From Chloroflexota bacterium (GTDB lineage Bacteria; Chloroflexota; Anaerolineae; B4-G1; SLSP01): 64,000 nucleotides of DNA. The position numbers were made by a program, and so were the translations under genes. The stretch lies in NCBI GenBank assembly GCA_036845725.1, contig DAIUDK010000004.1, forward strand, positions 519-64,518, read 5' to 3'. Below are positions 48,063-58,101 of the stretch, one piece after another (the stretch's first letter is position 1; every line of letters starts with the position of its first letter). The notes under the pieces were generated by a model, which was not told the origin of the DNA, did not search any database, and was given only the letters and a program-made list of their open reading frames with translations.

Positions 48063-50937
48063 TCATAACACATACCACCCCGATGATGAGAATCGCGCGC
48101 GCGCGGAACGCCCTACGATTGGCTTGTTCACCTATGGCCTGATGGACACGATCGGCCAGGCGGTCTGGTTGGGAATGGAGGATGCGGCGCGCGCGCACGA
48201 GGCAAATTTGATCTGCTACTCTGGTGGAGCATTACACGTTGCTCCTGATGAAGTGGAGCCGGCGAATGCGCTCTATGACCTGACCGCTGCTGGCCGTGTG
48301 GATGGTCTTGTGATCTGGGCGGGAGTATTACATAATGTAGATATCGAGACCGCGTATGCTTTTTGCCGGCGCTACGCCCCACTGCCGACAGTGAGTCTCG
48401 GCTTGCAGGTCGAAGGCATTCCCGCTGTGTTGGCCGATAACTATGTCGGGATGTACAGCGCGGTCGAGCATCTCGTCGCGGTTCACGGGTACCACCGGAT
48501 CGCCTTTGTGCGTGGTCCGGAAGGGCACGAGGAGGCCGAGGATCGCTATCGCGCTTATCGGGATGTACTGGCCACGCACGACATCGAAGTGGATTTGTCT
48601 CTGGTTGCGCCGGGCAACAACCAACGCACTGCCGGTATACAGGCGATTAGCCTGTTGTGTGATGAACGAGGTCTGCGTCCGCACGACGATTTCGATGCGG
48701 TGGTCGCCGCCAATGACAATATGGCTTTCGGAGTTCTGGATGCGTTGCAAGCGCGCGGTATTCGTGTGCCGGAGGATGTGGCGGTCGTGGGCTTCGACGA
48801 TTTCGAAGAAGGCCGGCATACCAACCCGCCTCTCACCACCGTGCCGTGGCCTGGATACGCGCAGGGATATCAGGCGGCGGAATTGCTGCTGGCGTTGCTT
48901 GAACATTCTACGGTTCCTGATGTAACGCATGTGCCCACCGAACTGGTCATCCGCGAATCGTGCGGATGCGTGATTCCGGCCGTGCAGCAGGCCGGGGTTG
49001 CCATGGCGGCGCCCTCTGCGTCCAAGAAGGTGTCGCTTGCGACCCTGGCCGCCGAGCGCGATACCGTTCTGGATGAGCTGGCGCAGGCCATGCAAGACAC
49101 CGGTACGCAGTCAATGACGCTGGATCGCACAGTCCTGGAAGCATTGTGGGACCTTTATCTGACCGTGCTGGATCCGGCATCGAATGGCGATTGCCTGTCT
49201 ACTATGCTCGCATTGGTACGTCAGACCGCTGACGCGGGTGTCGATGCTAACGTGTGGCACACGGCTTTTTCTGTCCTGCGCTATCACATGCTGGCACGTG
49301 CTATCCCCGCAGCCGCACGTGCGCGTTTCGATAGCCTCTGTCACCAAGCACGCGTACTCGTCAGCTATGAAGTGCAGCGCACGCTGGCGCGCAGCGCCTG
49401 GCGGATAGAAAATCAGGCGGGACAATTGCGCGCTGTCCAACAGGCGTTGATGGTGGCCTCCGATCTGGAACATTTCGTCAGCGTGTTGCGCCAGCAGCTT
49501 CCCATATTGGGTATTCCTGGTTATGCCATCGCGCTTTACGAAGACCCTAGGGAGCCGGTACTGGCCCGCATCCTTGCGGCTTACGATGCGCGCGGACATG
49601 TGGGAGCGGACTCGCCGGCGTTTGCTTCGCAGATGTTGCTGCCGGAAACGTTCTGGCCACGAGATCGGCGCTTCAGCATGGTGCTAGAGTCGTTGTATGT
49701 GCGTCGTGAACGGTTGGGATACGTGTTGTTTGAGATTGGTCCCCACGATGGCGATTTGTACTGGGCGTTGCGGGATCACCTCAGCAGCGCGTTGCGTGCG
49801 GTGCGGCTGATCGAGGAAAATCGTCGCACGCAGGAATCGCTCGAACAATCTTACGCCGCCGTGGAACAGCAAGTGCAAGCGCGCACCGCCGAATTGCAGC
49901 GCGAAATCGCCAGCCGCGAGTCGTTGTACGAGCGGCGGGCGCTCCAGGTGCAGACCAGTACGCAGGTTTCGCAAGAAATTGCCGCTGTTCCCGCGTTGGA
50001 CGAACTGTATCGCCTGGTGGTTAGGTTGATTAAAGAGCGCTTCGACTACTACCACGCGCAAATCTTCCGCTACGATCCGGAAATCAACGCCGTTCGCCTG
50101 ATCGTTGGCTATGGCGAAGTGGGAGAAAAGATGCTGGCGGATGGACATCAGATTGAAATAGGGATAGGTGTGGTTGGGACGGCGGCAGAGACGGGCCAGC
50201 CCGTTCTGGCAACCGACGTGACCCGGGATCGAGAATGGCGTCCGAATCCCAATTTGCCGGAGACACAAGGTGAACTGGCCGTGCCAATCAGACTGCGCGA
50301 TCAGGTATTCGGCATCCTGGATGTGCAAAGCGATCGCGCGGGCGCGTTGACCCTGGACGATCAACTCCTGTTACAGCAATTGTGCGGGCAGATTGCGATT
50401 GCAATCGAGAACACGAGCCTGCGCGAGGAAATGCAGAGCCGTCTGGAAACCCTGAACTTGCTGCAACAGTCGATGTCGCACGAGGGATGGGAAGCCCTGC
50501 GCGAGCAGCGGCGTGGTCTCCAGGGATACATCTATGATAAGGGCATGGTGCATCCGTTGGTGCAGCCCCCGGAGGCGGAACGCGAGGTCTACGTGGCGCC
50601 GGTCGCCGTGCAGCAGGAGGTCATCGGGCGGCTGGCCGTACAGACCGATCCCGCGCACCCGCTTTCTGCCGAGGAGCAGATGTTGTTAGACTCGATCGCG
50701 GAGCAGGTGGCTTCGGCACTGGATAGGGCGCGGCTGTTCGAGGATACCCGGCGCAGCGCCGCGCGCGACCAGATCATCGGCGAACTGAGCACACAGATGC
50801 GGACCTCGTTGGATATCGACCAGGTGCTGCAGAACGCCGTGCGCGAAATGGTCAGCACCCTGAACTTTGCGCGCGTCGAGGTGCGGTTGAGCGGCGAAGA
50901 GCCGGAAGGGGCAAGCGCGGAGGAGGTCAACGTATGA
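48055..50937 (+). CDS. Kinase-less receptor 7: LacI-type domain, degenerate GAF, GAF, C-terminal module
   Basis: RPTIGLF, AANDNMA, IRESCGC; ERFDYYHAQIF...NPNLPETQGELAVP; ends LDIDQVLQNAVREMVSTLNFARVEVRL. Start at ATG 48055. Confidence 0.87.
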   Translation: MNNHNTYHPDDENRARAERPTIGLFTYGLMDTIGQAVWLGMEDAARAHEANLICYSGGALHVAPDEVEPANALYDLTAAGRVDGLVIWAGVLHNVDIETAYAFCRRYAPLPTVSLGLQVEGIPAVLADNYVGMYSAVEHLVAVHGYHRIAFVRGPEGHEEAEDRYRAYRDVLATHDIEVDLSLVAPGNNQRTAGIQAISLLCDERGLRPHDDFDAVVAANDNMAFGVLDALQARGIRVPEDVAVVGFDDFEEGRHTNPPLTTVPWPGYAQGYQAAELLLALLEHSTVPDVTHVPTELVIRESCGCVIPAVQQAGVAMAAPSASKKVSLATLAAERDTVLDELAQAMQDTGTQSMTLDRTVLEALWDLYLTVLDPASNGDCLSTMLALVRQTADAGVDANVWHTAFSVLRYHMLARAIPAAARARFDSLCHQARVLVSYEVQRTLARSAWRIENQAGQLRAVQQALMVASDLEHFVSVLRQQLPILGIPGYAIALYEDPREPVLARILAAYDARGHVGADSPAFASQMLLPETFWPRDRRFSMVLESLYVRRERLGYVLFEIGPHDGDLYWALRDHLSSALRAVRLIEENRRTQESLEQSYAAVEQQVQARTAELQREIASRESLYERRALQVQTSTQVSQEIAAVPALDELYRLVVRLIKERFDYYHAQIFRYDPEINAVRLIVGYGEVGEKMLADGHQIEIGIGVVGTAAETGQPVLATDVTRDREWRPNPNLPETQGELAVPIRLRDQVFGILDVQSDRAGALTLDDQLLLQQLCGQIAIAIENTSLREEMQSRLETLNLLQQSMSHEGWEALREQRRGLQGYIYDKGMVHPLVQPPEAEREVYVAPVAVQQEVIGRLAVQTDPAHPLSAEEQMLLDSIAEQVASALDRARLFEDTRRSAARDQIIGELSTQMRTSLDIDQVLQNAVREMVSTLNFARVEVRLSGEEPEGASAEEVNV

Positions 50938-53864
50938 ATGTCCTGTTGACGAACGAGGTATTGCAAGGCCTGGCATGGTTTGCCGGTTTGCTGGAGTTGA
51001 TTCTGGCTTTGTATGTGCTGATGCTCAATGCCCGGCACGTTGCCAACCGTCATGTCAGCCTCTTGCTTTTCATATTTGCCGTCAACAGTCTGGCTTTGGG
51101 GGTATTATTTGGCGCGAAACAGGCTGCTCAAGCTGTCGTGCCGACGTTGTTCCTGGCGGCAACGACAGAACCATCCATGGTGGCTTCGATTGTGGCAGCC
51201 ATAGTCTTGCTTAAACCGCGGTGGCTACAAGGACGTGGGCGGTGGTTATTGTGGCTGTTGTACGGGTTGCTCTTTTTGCCGATGGTGTTGACTGTTATTG
51301 ATGGCATCTGGCACACCGGGTTGTGGTACGGTGGCATCGAGGCTGTGAGTTATTCGGGCGGCTATATAGAGACTGGCGTGTATGAGACCGGCAGTGTCGC
51401 ACAAGTTATGCGACGGCTCTACCTGTATCTTCTCTCACTATTGCCGTTTGTGCCCGTGGTGTTGACCATTAGGAGTCGTGACACACTGCGTATAGCGCGC
51501 CGGTTGGCCTGGATGTTGCTGATTGTGCTGCTGCTCGCGGTGGGTGTGCAATTTGGGCTGCGGTCTACCCTCGGCTCCGGCGCTACATCGATTGTCACAA
51601 CGACACTCTATGCTATGGCCTATGCCTATATCGCCTTCCGGCAAATGATCTCCGAGCGTCGCGCCCAACGTGGGCGTCTGCGTTCGCGCCTGGTGGGCCT
51701 CACATTGATCGTCGCCCTGCCGATTCTGGTGGGGGTGATGACCTTTGTGCTGATCCAGTCGCTAGGGATGATGGAAACGCAAGCCTTCGAAAAGCTGGAA
51801 GCGACCAACAAACTTGTGGCGACCAATGTGCAACTATGGCTGGATTTCAACAGCCGTGCTTTGCAACAGCTGGTGACTTTGCCGCAGATACGCACTATGG
51901 ACCCGGAGCAGCAAAAACCTACCCTACAGGTCATGGAGACTGTCTATCCTTACATCTATCTGGTCAGCACCACCGATCTTAAAGGCATGAACGTCGCCCG
52001 CAGCGATGACGCGCCGTTGACCGACTACAGCGACCGCGAGTGGTTCAGGGAATCACGTCTCGATGTGGTGAATTATGAAGTGGTGATTGGGCGCACCAGT
52101 GGCCAGCCGGCACTGGTCGTCGCCACCCTCATTCGCGAGCGCGGCCCTGTTCCGATTGGCGCGGGGATGTTCGCGACTACGCTGGAGCAAATCTCCGACG
52201 ACATCACGGCAACCCGTTTTGGTGAGACGGGTATTGCTTATGTCGTAGATCCTCGGGATCGGATTGTCGTGCATTCCGATGCGGCGATAGCTAATCAGAT
52301 TTTGGACATCCACGATTCTCCGATCATCACTAAAATGCGTCTCGAAAGAGAAAACGAATTTAGCTTTGTCGATGCCGATGGCGTGCGCTGGCAGGTTTAC
52401 GCGCAGGTCTTGAACAATGGGTGGGGCGTCATCGTACAACAGGAGTGGGATGAGTTGCATCGCTCGTGGCTTGATATTGGCAGAATTGGCACAGTGGCGG
52501 CCATTGCTGGCGCTCTCCTGCTCGGCACGTTGATGTTTTTCACGATGCGCCAGGCTTTTGAACCAATCGATGAACTGACTGCAACCGCTGCCGCGATTAC
52601 AGAAGGCGATTTAACCCGGACTGCGTCAGTGGTGAGTGAGGACGAATTGGGCGTCCTGGCACGTACGTTCAACAGTATGACAGCGCAGTTGCGCACATCC
52701 ATCGATACGCTGGAACAGCGAGTGGTTTCCCGGACCGCCGATCTCGAACAACGCTCAGCTTATTTGCAAGCCTCGGCGGAAGTGAGCCAGGCGGCGGCTT
52801 CGATCCTGGAGCCTGATGTGCTGATCAACCAGGTCGTCGATTTGATTCTCGAACGTTTTGACCTGTACTACACCGGCCTGTTCCTGTTAGACGAAACCCG
52901 CGCGTGGGCCGTACTGCGTTCGGGCACAGGTGAGGCCGGGCAGGCGATGCTGGCGCGGCAGCACCGCATCCGCGTCGGTGAAGGGATGATCGGGTGGAGC
53001 GTTGCCCATGCGGAAGCCCGCGTGGCGTCGCACGCCGAAGTCGATGCGGTGCGCGTGACCAATCCGGAGCTGCCGGATACCCGTTCGGAGGCGGCCTTGC
53101 CTTTGCGCTCGCGGGGCGAGGTGCTTGGCGCGTTGAGCGTGCAGAGCACGCGACCAGACGCCTTCGATGCCGAGACGTTGACGGTGCTGCAAACCATGGT
53201 CGATCAAGTGGCGATTGCCATCGACAATGCGCGCTTGTTGGCGCAGGCTGAGGAATCCCTCGAGGCTGAGCGTCGGGCCTACGGTGTGCAAATGCGCCAG
53301 GACTGGGACCTGTTAGCCCGTACCCGCGCCACCACGGGATATGTCGGCGCGCGCGCTGTGACGGATTCGAAAGAGGTGAGCCTCTTCCCGGCGCAAGGCG
53401 AGTGGAGTCCCGAAATGCACGCCGCGCGTCGCACTCGCCAGAGCGTACGGGGATATACCGGCGGTATGCCGACGCTGGCTGTCCCAATCCTGGTGCGCGA
53501 CCAGGTGGTGGGGGTGCTTAATTTCAGCAAGAGCCAGGATGCGCCGGGCCTTTCGTCAAACGATACCTGGACCCATGAAGAAGTGACCCTGCTCGAAGCG
53601 TTGGCCGAGCAGATGGGGCAGGCGTTGGAAAGCGCGCGCCTTTACCGGCAGACGCAACTCCGCGCCGCCCGTGAAGGCGTGATCCGCGAAATCTCAGACC
53701 AGATGCAGCGCGCGACCGATCTATCGGCGTTAATGCGCGTCACCACCGAGGCGCTGAACAAGGCGCTTGGCGGGTCGCGCGTTTACGTGCGCTGGGGCGC
53801 TCAGACGCAAGGCGCGGCGGAAACCGGGCAGCCTGACGGAGGAAATAATGGCGAAGCAGAGTAG
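50934..53864 (+). CDS. Kinase-less receptor 8: 7TM, dCache, HAMP, GAF, C-terminal module
   Basis: LNARHVANRHVS N-terminus paralogous to that of 37661; YSDREWF...IGRTSG Cache; SEDELGVLARTFN HAMP; ERFDLYYTGLFL GAF. Confidence 0.87.
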   Translation: MNVLLTNEVLQGLAWFAGLLELILALYVLMLNARHVANRHVSLLLFIFAVNSLALGVLFGAKQAAQAVVPTLFLAATTEPSMVASIVAAIVLLKPRWLQGRGRWLLWLLYGLLFLPMVLTVIDGIWHTGLWYGGIEAVSYSGGYIETGVYETGSVAQVMRRLYLYLLSLLPFVPVVLTIRSRDTLRIARRLAWMLLIVLLLAVGVQFGLRSTLGSGATSIVTTTLYAMAYAYIAFRQMISERRAQRGRLRSRLVGLTLIVALPILVGVMTFVLIQSLGMMETQAFEKLEATNKLVATNVQLWLDFNSRALQQLVTLPQIRTMDPEQQKPTLQVMETVYPYIYLVSTTDLKGMNVARSDDAPLTDYSDREWFRESRLDVVNYEVVIGRTSGQPALVVATLIRERGPVPIGAGMFATTLEQISDDITATRFGETGIAYVVDPRDRIVVHSDAAIANQILDIHDSPIITKMRLERENEFSFVDADGVRWQVYAQVLNNGWGVIVQQEWDELHRSWLDIGRIGTVAAIAGALLLGTLMFFTMRQAFEPIDELTATAAAITEGDLTRTASVVSEDELGVLARTFNSMTAQLRTSIDTLEQRVVSRTADLEQRSAYLQASAEVSQAAASILEPDVLINQVVDLILERFDLYYTGLFLLDETRAWAVLRSGTGEAGQAMLARQHRIRVGEGMIGWSVAHAEARVASHAEVDAVRVTNPELPDTRSEAALPLRSRGEVLGALSVQSTRPDAFDAETLTVLQTMVDQVAIAIDNARLLAQAEESLEAERRAYGVQMRQDWDLLARTRATTGYVGARAVTDSKEVSLFPAQGEWSPEMHAARRTRQSVRGYTGGMPTLAVPILVRDQVVGVLNFSKSQDAPGLSSNDTWTHEEVTLLEALAEQMGQALESARLYRQTQLRAAREGVIREISDQMQRATDLSALMRVTTEALNKALGGSRVYVRWGAQTQGAAETGQPDGGNNGEAE

Positions 53865-56800
53865 ACGCGCGGGCGGCAGTTCGTCCCGAAAGAAAACGGC
53901 AGGCGCACCTGCCTCCACACAGCGCCGGCTGACACTTGGTTTCTTTGTCGACCGGCTCACAACGGGATACCACAATGCCATCTGGCAGGGCGTAGAGGCG
54001 CAAGCGCGCGTACGCGACGTGAACCTGCTCTGTTTCGTCGGTGGCAGTTTGCATAATCAACCACATTCCGATGATATGAACAACGTGCTCTATGGCCTGC
54101 CCGACAAAGCACTTCTCGATGGGTTGATCTTCGCCGCCGGATCGCTAGGCACGCGGGTGAACCAGGAGAAATTGCAAGCGTTTTGCGAGCGTTATCGGCC
54201 TTTGCCCATGGCCAGTATCGCCATGCCGTTGACCGATATCTCCAGTGTGCTCATCGATAATGATTACGGTATGCGCGAGATGATGCTTCATCTTGTGGAT
54301 GTGCATGGCTATCGGCGCATTGCCTTCTTCCACAGACAGGAAGGCCATCTGGAGAATGATGCGCGCTATGAGGCTTATGTCGCGGTGTTGGCTGAGCGTG
54401 GGATTGCAGTCGATCCTGACCTTGTCATCTCCGGCACCCACTACTCCACGCCTGAGACCGGCATTCGTTTGTTGTTCGACGAACGACAGTTGCGCCCGCG
54501 GATCGATGTCGAAGCTTTAGTTGCTCACGATGACAGGGTCGCGCTTGAGATATTGGGCATCCTGCAAGCGCGCGGCATCCGCGTCCCCGACGATGTGGCG
54601 GTCGTTGGTTTCGACGATATTGAGGACAGTCGCTACGCCATCCCCACGCTGACGACGGCACGCCAACCTTTGCGCGAGCAGGGCCGCCAGGCGGTGGAAC
54701 TGGTATTGGCTCAACTTCAAGGCGCAACTGTTCCGCCGCAGGTGAACTTACGCACGCAGTTGGTGGTACGCCAGTCGTGCGGTTGTCTGGATGCTACTGT
54801 GCTGCAAGCAGAATCACGGCTGCAGCCAGAGATGCCTGCCGAACCTTGCGCATCCTTCCCGGCGGCTATGGCCACGCGCCGCGAGGCGTTGCTGTCCGAT
54901 ATGGTCGGGGTGCTCGCCGCCGAGTCGTTATCCGACGACGCCAATGCGGCGATCAGGGCGCGTGTCGTGCGCCTGGTGGATGCTTTCGTTGAGGCCACGC
55001 AGGATGAGACTGTCGCTTCCGCCGAGGTCTTTTTGCGCGTGCTGGATGATCTCATGCGCCAGACGTTGCTGGAACAGGGTGACGTGTCCGCCTGGCAGAA
55101 CGGCCTCTCTGTTTTGCGCGCTCACGCACTTACTTGTGTGATGGAGGGGACATCAGCGCAGCGCATCGAGGGGCTGCTGCAGCAGGCGCGGGTACAGGTC
55201 GGCAGCGCGGCTCAACAAGCTCAGGCGCGTCAGCGACTCCAAACGGCCCAACGTGAAGGCGTCTTGCGTGAAATCGACCAGGTGTTTGTGTCTGCGGGCA
55301 TGCTCGATGATTTACTGAATGCCATGCTTTACGGCTTACCTCAGCTGGACATCCCTAGCTTTTACCTGTCGATGTATGCCGGCCTGGAAGCGTCCCAGGA
55401 GACGCCTACGCCTTCGACGCTGGCGCAGTTGGTGTTGGCCTTTGACCGCACCCGTGGATTGGAACAAAAGTCGAAACAGCGTTATCCCATGCGTGACGTG
55501 CTGCCTCCAGAAGTATTGCCTGGGGACCGGCGTTACAGTCTGGTGATCGAACTCTTGCATTTCAGGAACGAACATCTCGGTAAGGTTTGCTTTGAAGTCG
55601 GTCCGCGCGAAGGCGCGATCTACGACATGCTGCGTATGCAGATCAGCAGCGCGTTGCAGGGGGTGTTGACCACCGAACGGCTGGCTGGACGCGCGCTGCA
55701 ATTGCAGACCGCCGCCGAGGTCTCCCGCACTGCGAGCGCCTTGCTCGATACAGATGATCTGGTCCAACAGGTCGTGACACTGGTGCGCGATCGCTTCAGC
55801 CTCTATTACGTCGGCCTGTTCCTGGTAGAACCTGATCCGCAGGACCCGGCTGTACAATGGGCCGTTCTGAAAGCAGGCTCGGGCGAGGCCGGAAAGCGGA
55901 TGGTGGAAGAGGGACACCGTTTGCAGGTAGGTGGCACTTCGATGATCGGCTGGTGTGTTGCCAACCGGGAGGCGCGCATCGCGCTGGATGTGGACCGTGA
56001 CACTGTGCGTCGCCCGCATCTTCTGCTGCCCGACACGCGCTCGGAACTGGCGTTGCCCTTGATTAGCCGGGGAGACGTCGTCGGCGCGTTGACGATTCAG
56101 AGCACGCAGGAGGCGGCTTTTAGTCCCGAAGACATCAGCATCCTGCAAACGCTGGCGGATCAACTTGCCAACGCTATCACCAATGCGCGTTTGTATGAAG
56201 CTCTGGAATACGAGCAGTATTTGATGAACGTTCTAATGGACAATTTTCCGGATCAGATCTATTTCAAAGACCGGGAGAGCCGTTTCATCCGGGTCAGCCG
56301 TTCGCAAACCGAGCGTTTTGGGTTGAGCGACCCGGCGGACGCTATCGGCAAAACCGATTTCGATTTCTTCACCGAGGAACATGCTCGCCCGGCTTATGAG
56401 GATGAGCAGCGTATCATTCGCACCGGCGAGCCGCTTCTGAATCTTGAGGAACGGGAAACCTGGGAGGACCGCCCGGACACGTGGGTGACGACGACCAAAA
56501 TGCCTATGCGCGACCACAAGGGCAACATCTTTGGCACTTTTGGCATCTCGCGGGATATCACGGAGCGTAAAAACACGGAGATTCAGTTGTCGGCTGATCG
56601 CAACCTGTTACGTACCTTGATTGACAACCTGCCGAATTACGTTTACATCAAGGATCGCCAGAGCCGTTTCTTGATCAATAACATCGCGCATCTGGGCCTC
56701 CTAGGCGCAAGAACGCAGGAGGAAGTCATCGGCAAGTCCGACCTGGATATCTTCCCGCATGAGTTGGCATCGCAATACTATGCCGACGAGCAAGCGCTAA

Positions 56801-58101
56801 TGGCGTCGGGAGAAAGTGTCATCGACAAGGAAGAGGCGGCAGTTGATCAAACTACAGGCGAAAAGTTGTGGGTATCCACCACGAAGATTCCTCTGCGCGA
56901 TGAGGCTGGACATATCACCGGTTTTGTGGGGATGACCTACGATATTACAGATCGCAAGCGTACAGAAGTCGTACTGCGGCGGCGCGGCCGGCAACTCCAG
57001 GCGGTTGCCGATGTGGCACGGATCGCGACTGAGGTGTTGGATATTGACACCTTGCTTCAGCAGAGCGTAGAGCTGTTGCTTGAACAACTGGAATTGTATT
57101 ACGCAGGTCTGTTCCTGGTGGATATGACAGCCACCCCGGCCGAGTTTTCCAGTGCGGTGCAGCGGAAGCAGGCCGTGCTCCGCGCTGCAACGGGGCGGGC
57201 CGGTGCGGAAATGGTTGCGCGCCGGCATCGCCTGGAGGTCGGCGGCAGCTCGATTATTGGGCAGTGCATCGCGCAGGGGGAAGCGCGCATCGCGTTGGAT
57301 GTGGGCGTTGCCCCTGTGCGCTTCGAGAATCCGCTGTTGCCGGAGACGCGCTCAGAGCTGGCGCTGCCGCTTAAGAGTCGCAGTGGGGTCATCGGCGCGT
57401 TGACGCTCCAAAGCAGGGAATCCGCTGCATTTTCTCAGGAAGATGTCACGGTTCTTCAAGCGTTGGCCGATCAGTTAGCCAATGCCATCGAGAACATCCG
57501 TTTGTTTGAACAAACCCAGCGCGCCTTGCGTGACTTGGAGATGATCCAGCAGCAATATGTACGCGAGGCATGGAGTGGGCAGAAGGCATCGACGGTGCTC
57601 ACCGATTACGAGATGACACTCCCCGGTATAACGCCTTTACGCGATGCGCGTGGCATATGGGCTTCGTTGCCTGAAGTCCAGGAGGCGTTGACCCGGCAGA
57701 GCACCGTGGTTGTATCGGGGCGTGACGCGCGGGATGTGGATCACGCAGCTCTGGTTGCACCGATCCAATTGCGTGACCAGGTCATCGGCACATTGGGCAT
57801 CCACGATGAGGATCGAGCGCGGAAATGGACCGACGATGAGATCGCGCTGGTTGAAACGGTCGCCGAGCGCATGGGTATCGTCGCCGAAACGTTGCGCTTA
57901 CTCGAAGAGACCCAACACCGCGCCGCGCGCGAACGTCTGACGCGTGAGATCACCGATCAGATCCGCGGGGCGCTCACCGTCGATGAGGCGATACAACGTG
58001 CGTTGCAGCAATTAGGCCAGACGTTGGAGGCCGACATGCTGGCGCGTATCGATGTCGGACAGGGGAAGATTTCCGCTGCACCGGAAGGGAAGGAAAAATG
58101 A
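53848..58101 (+). CDS. Kinase-less receptor 9: LacI-type domain, degenerate GAF, GAF, PAS, PAS, GAF, C-terminal module
   Basis: VRQSCGC; two PAS domains ending ISRDITERK and MTYDITDRK; two copies of the conserved GAF. Start at ATG 53848. Confidence 0.88.
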   Translation: MAKQSRRAGGSSSRKKTAGAPASTQRRLTLGFFVDRLTTGYHNAIWQGVEAQARVRDVNLLCFVGGSLHNQPHSDDMNNVLYGLPDKALLDGLIFAAGSLGTRVNQEKLQAFCERYRPLPMASIAMPLTDISSVLIDNDYGMREMMLHLVDVHGYRRIAFFHRQEGHLENDARYEAYVAVLAERGIAVDPDLVISGTHYSTPETGIRLLFDERQLRPRIDVEALVAHDDRVALEILGILQARGIRVPDDVAVVGFDDIEDSRYAIPTLTTARQPLREQGRQAVELVLAQLQGATVPPQVNLRTQLVVRQSCGCLDATVLQAESRLQPEMPAEPCASFPAAMATRREALLSDMVGVLAAESLSDDANAAIRARVVRLVDAFVEATQDETVASAEVFLRVLDDLMRQTLLEQGDVSAWQNGLSVLRAHALTCVMEGTSAQRIEGLLQQARVQVGSAAQQAQARQRLQTAQREGVLREIDQVFVSAGMLDDLLNAMLYGLPQLDIPSFYLSMYAGLEASQETPTPSTLAQLVLAFDRTRGLEQKSKQRYPMRDVLPPEVLPGDRRYSLVIELLHFRNEHLGKVCFEVGPREGAIYDMLRMQISSALQGVLTTERLAGRALQLQTAAEVSRTASALLDTDDLVQQVVTLVRDRFSLYYVGLFLVEPDPQDPAVQWAVLKAGSGEAGKRMVEEGHRLQVGGTSMIGWCVANREARIALDVDRDTVRRPHLLLPDTRSELALPLISRGDVVGALTIQSTQEAAFSPEDISILQTLADQLANAITNARLYEALEYEQYLMNVLMDNFPDQIYFKDRESRFIRVSRSQTERFGLSDPADAIGKTDFDFFTEEHARPAYEDEQRIIRTGEPLLNLEERETWEDRPDTWVTTTKMPMRDHKGNIFGTFGISRDITERKNTEIQLSADRNLLRTLIDNLPNYVYIKDRQSRFLINNIAHLGLLGARTQEEVIGKSDLDIFPHELASQYYADEQALMASGESVIDKEEAAVDQTTGEKLWVSTTKIPLRDEAGHITGFVGMTYDITDRKRTEVVLRRRGRQLQAVADVARIATEVLDIDTLLQQSVELLLEQLELYYAGLFLVDMTATPAEFSSAVQRKQAVLRAATGRAGAEMVARRHRLEVGGSSIIGQCIAQGEARIALDVGVAPVRFENPLLPETRSELALPLKSRSGVIGALTLQSRESAAFSQEDVTVLQALADQLANAIENIRLFEQTQRALRDLEMIQQQYVREAWSGQKASTVLTDYEMTLPGITPLRDARGIWASLPEVQEALTRQSTVVVSGRDARDVDHAALVAPIQLRDQVIGTLGIHDEDRARKWTDDEIALVETVAERMGIVAETLRLLEETQHRAARERLTREITDQIRGALTVDEAIQRALQQLGQTLEADMLARIDVGQGKISAAPEGKEK

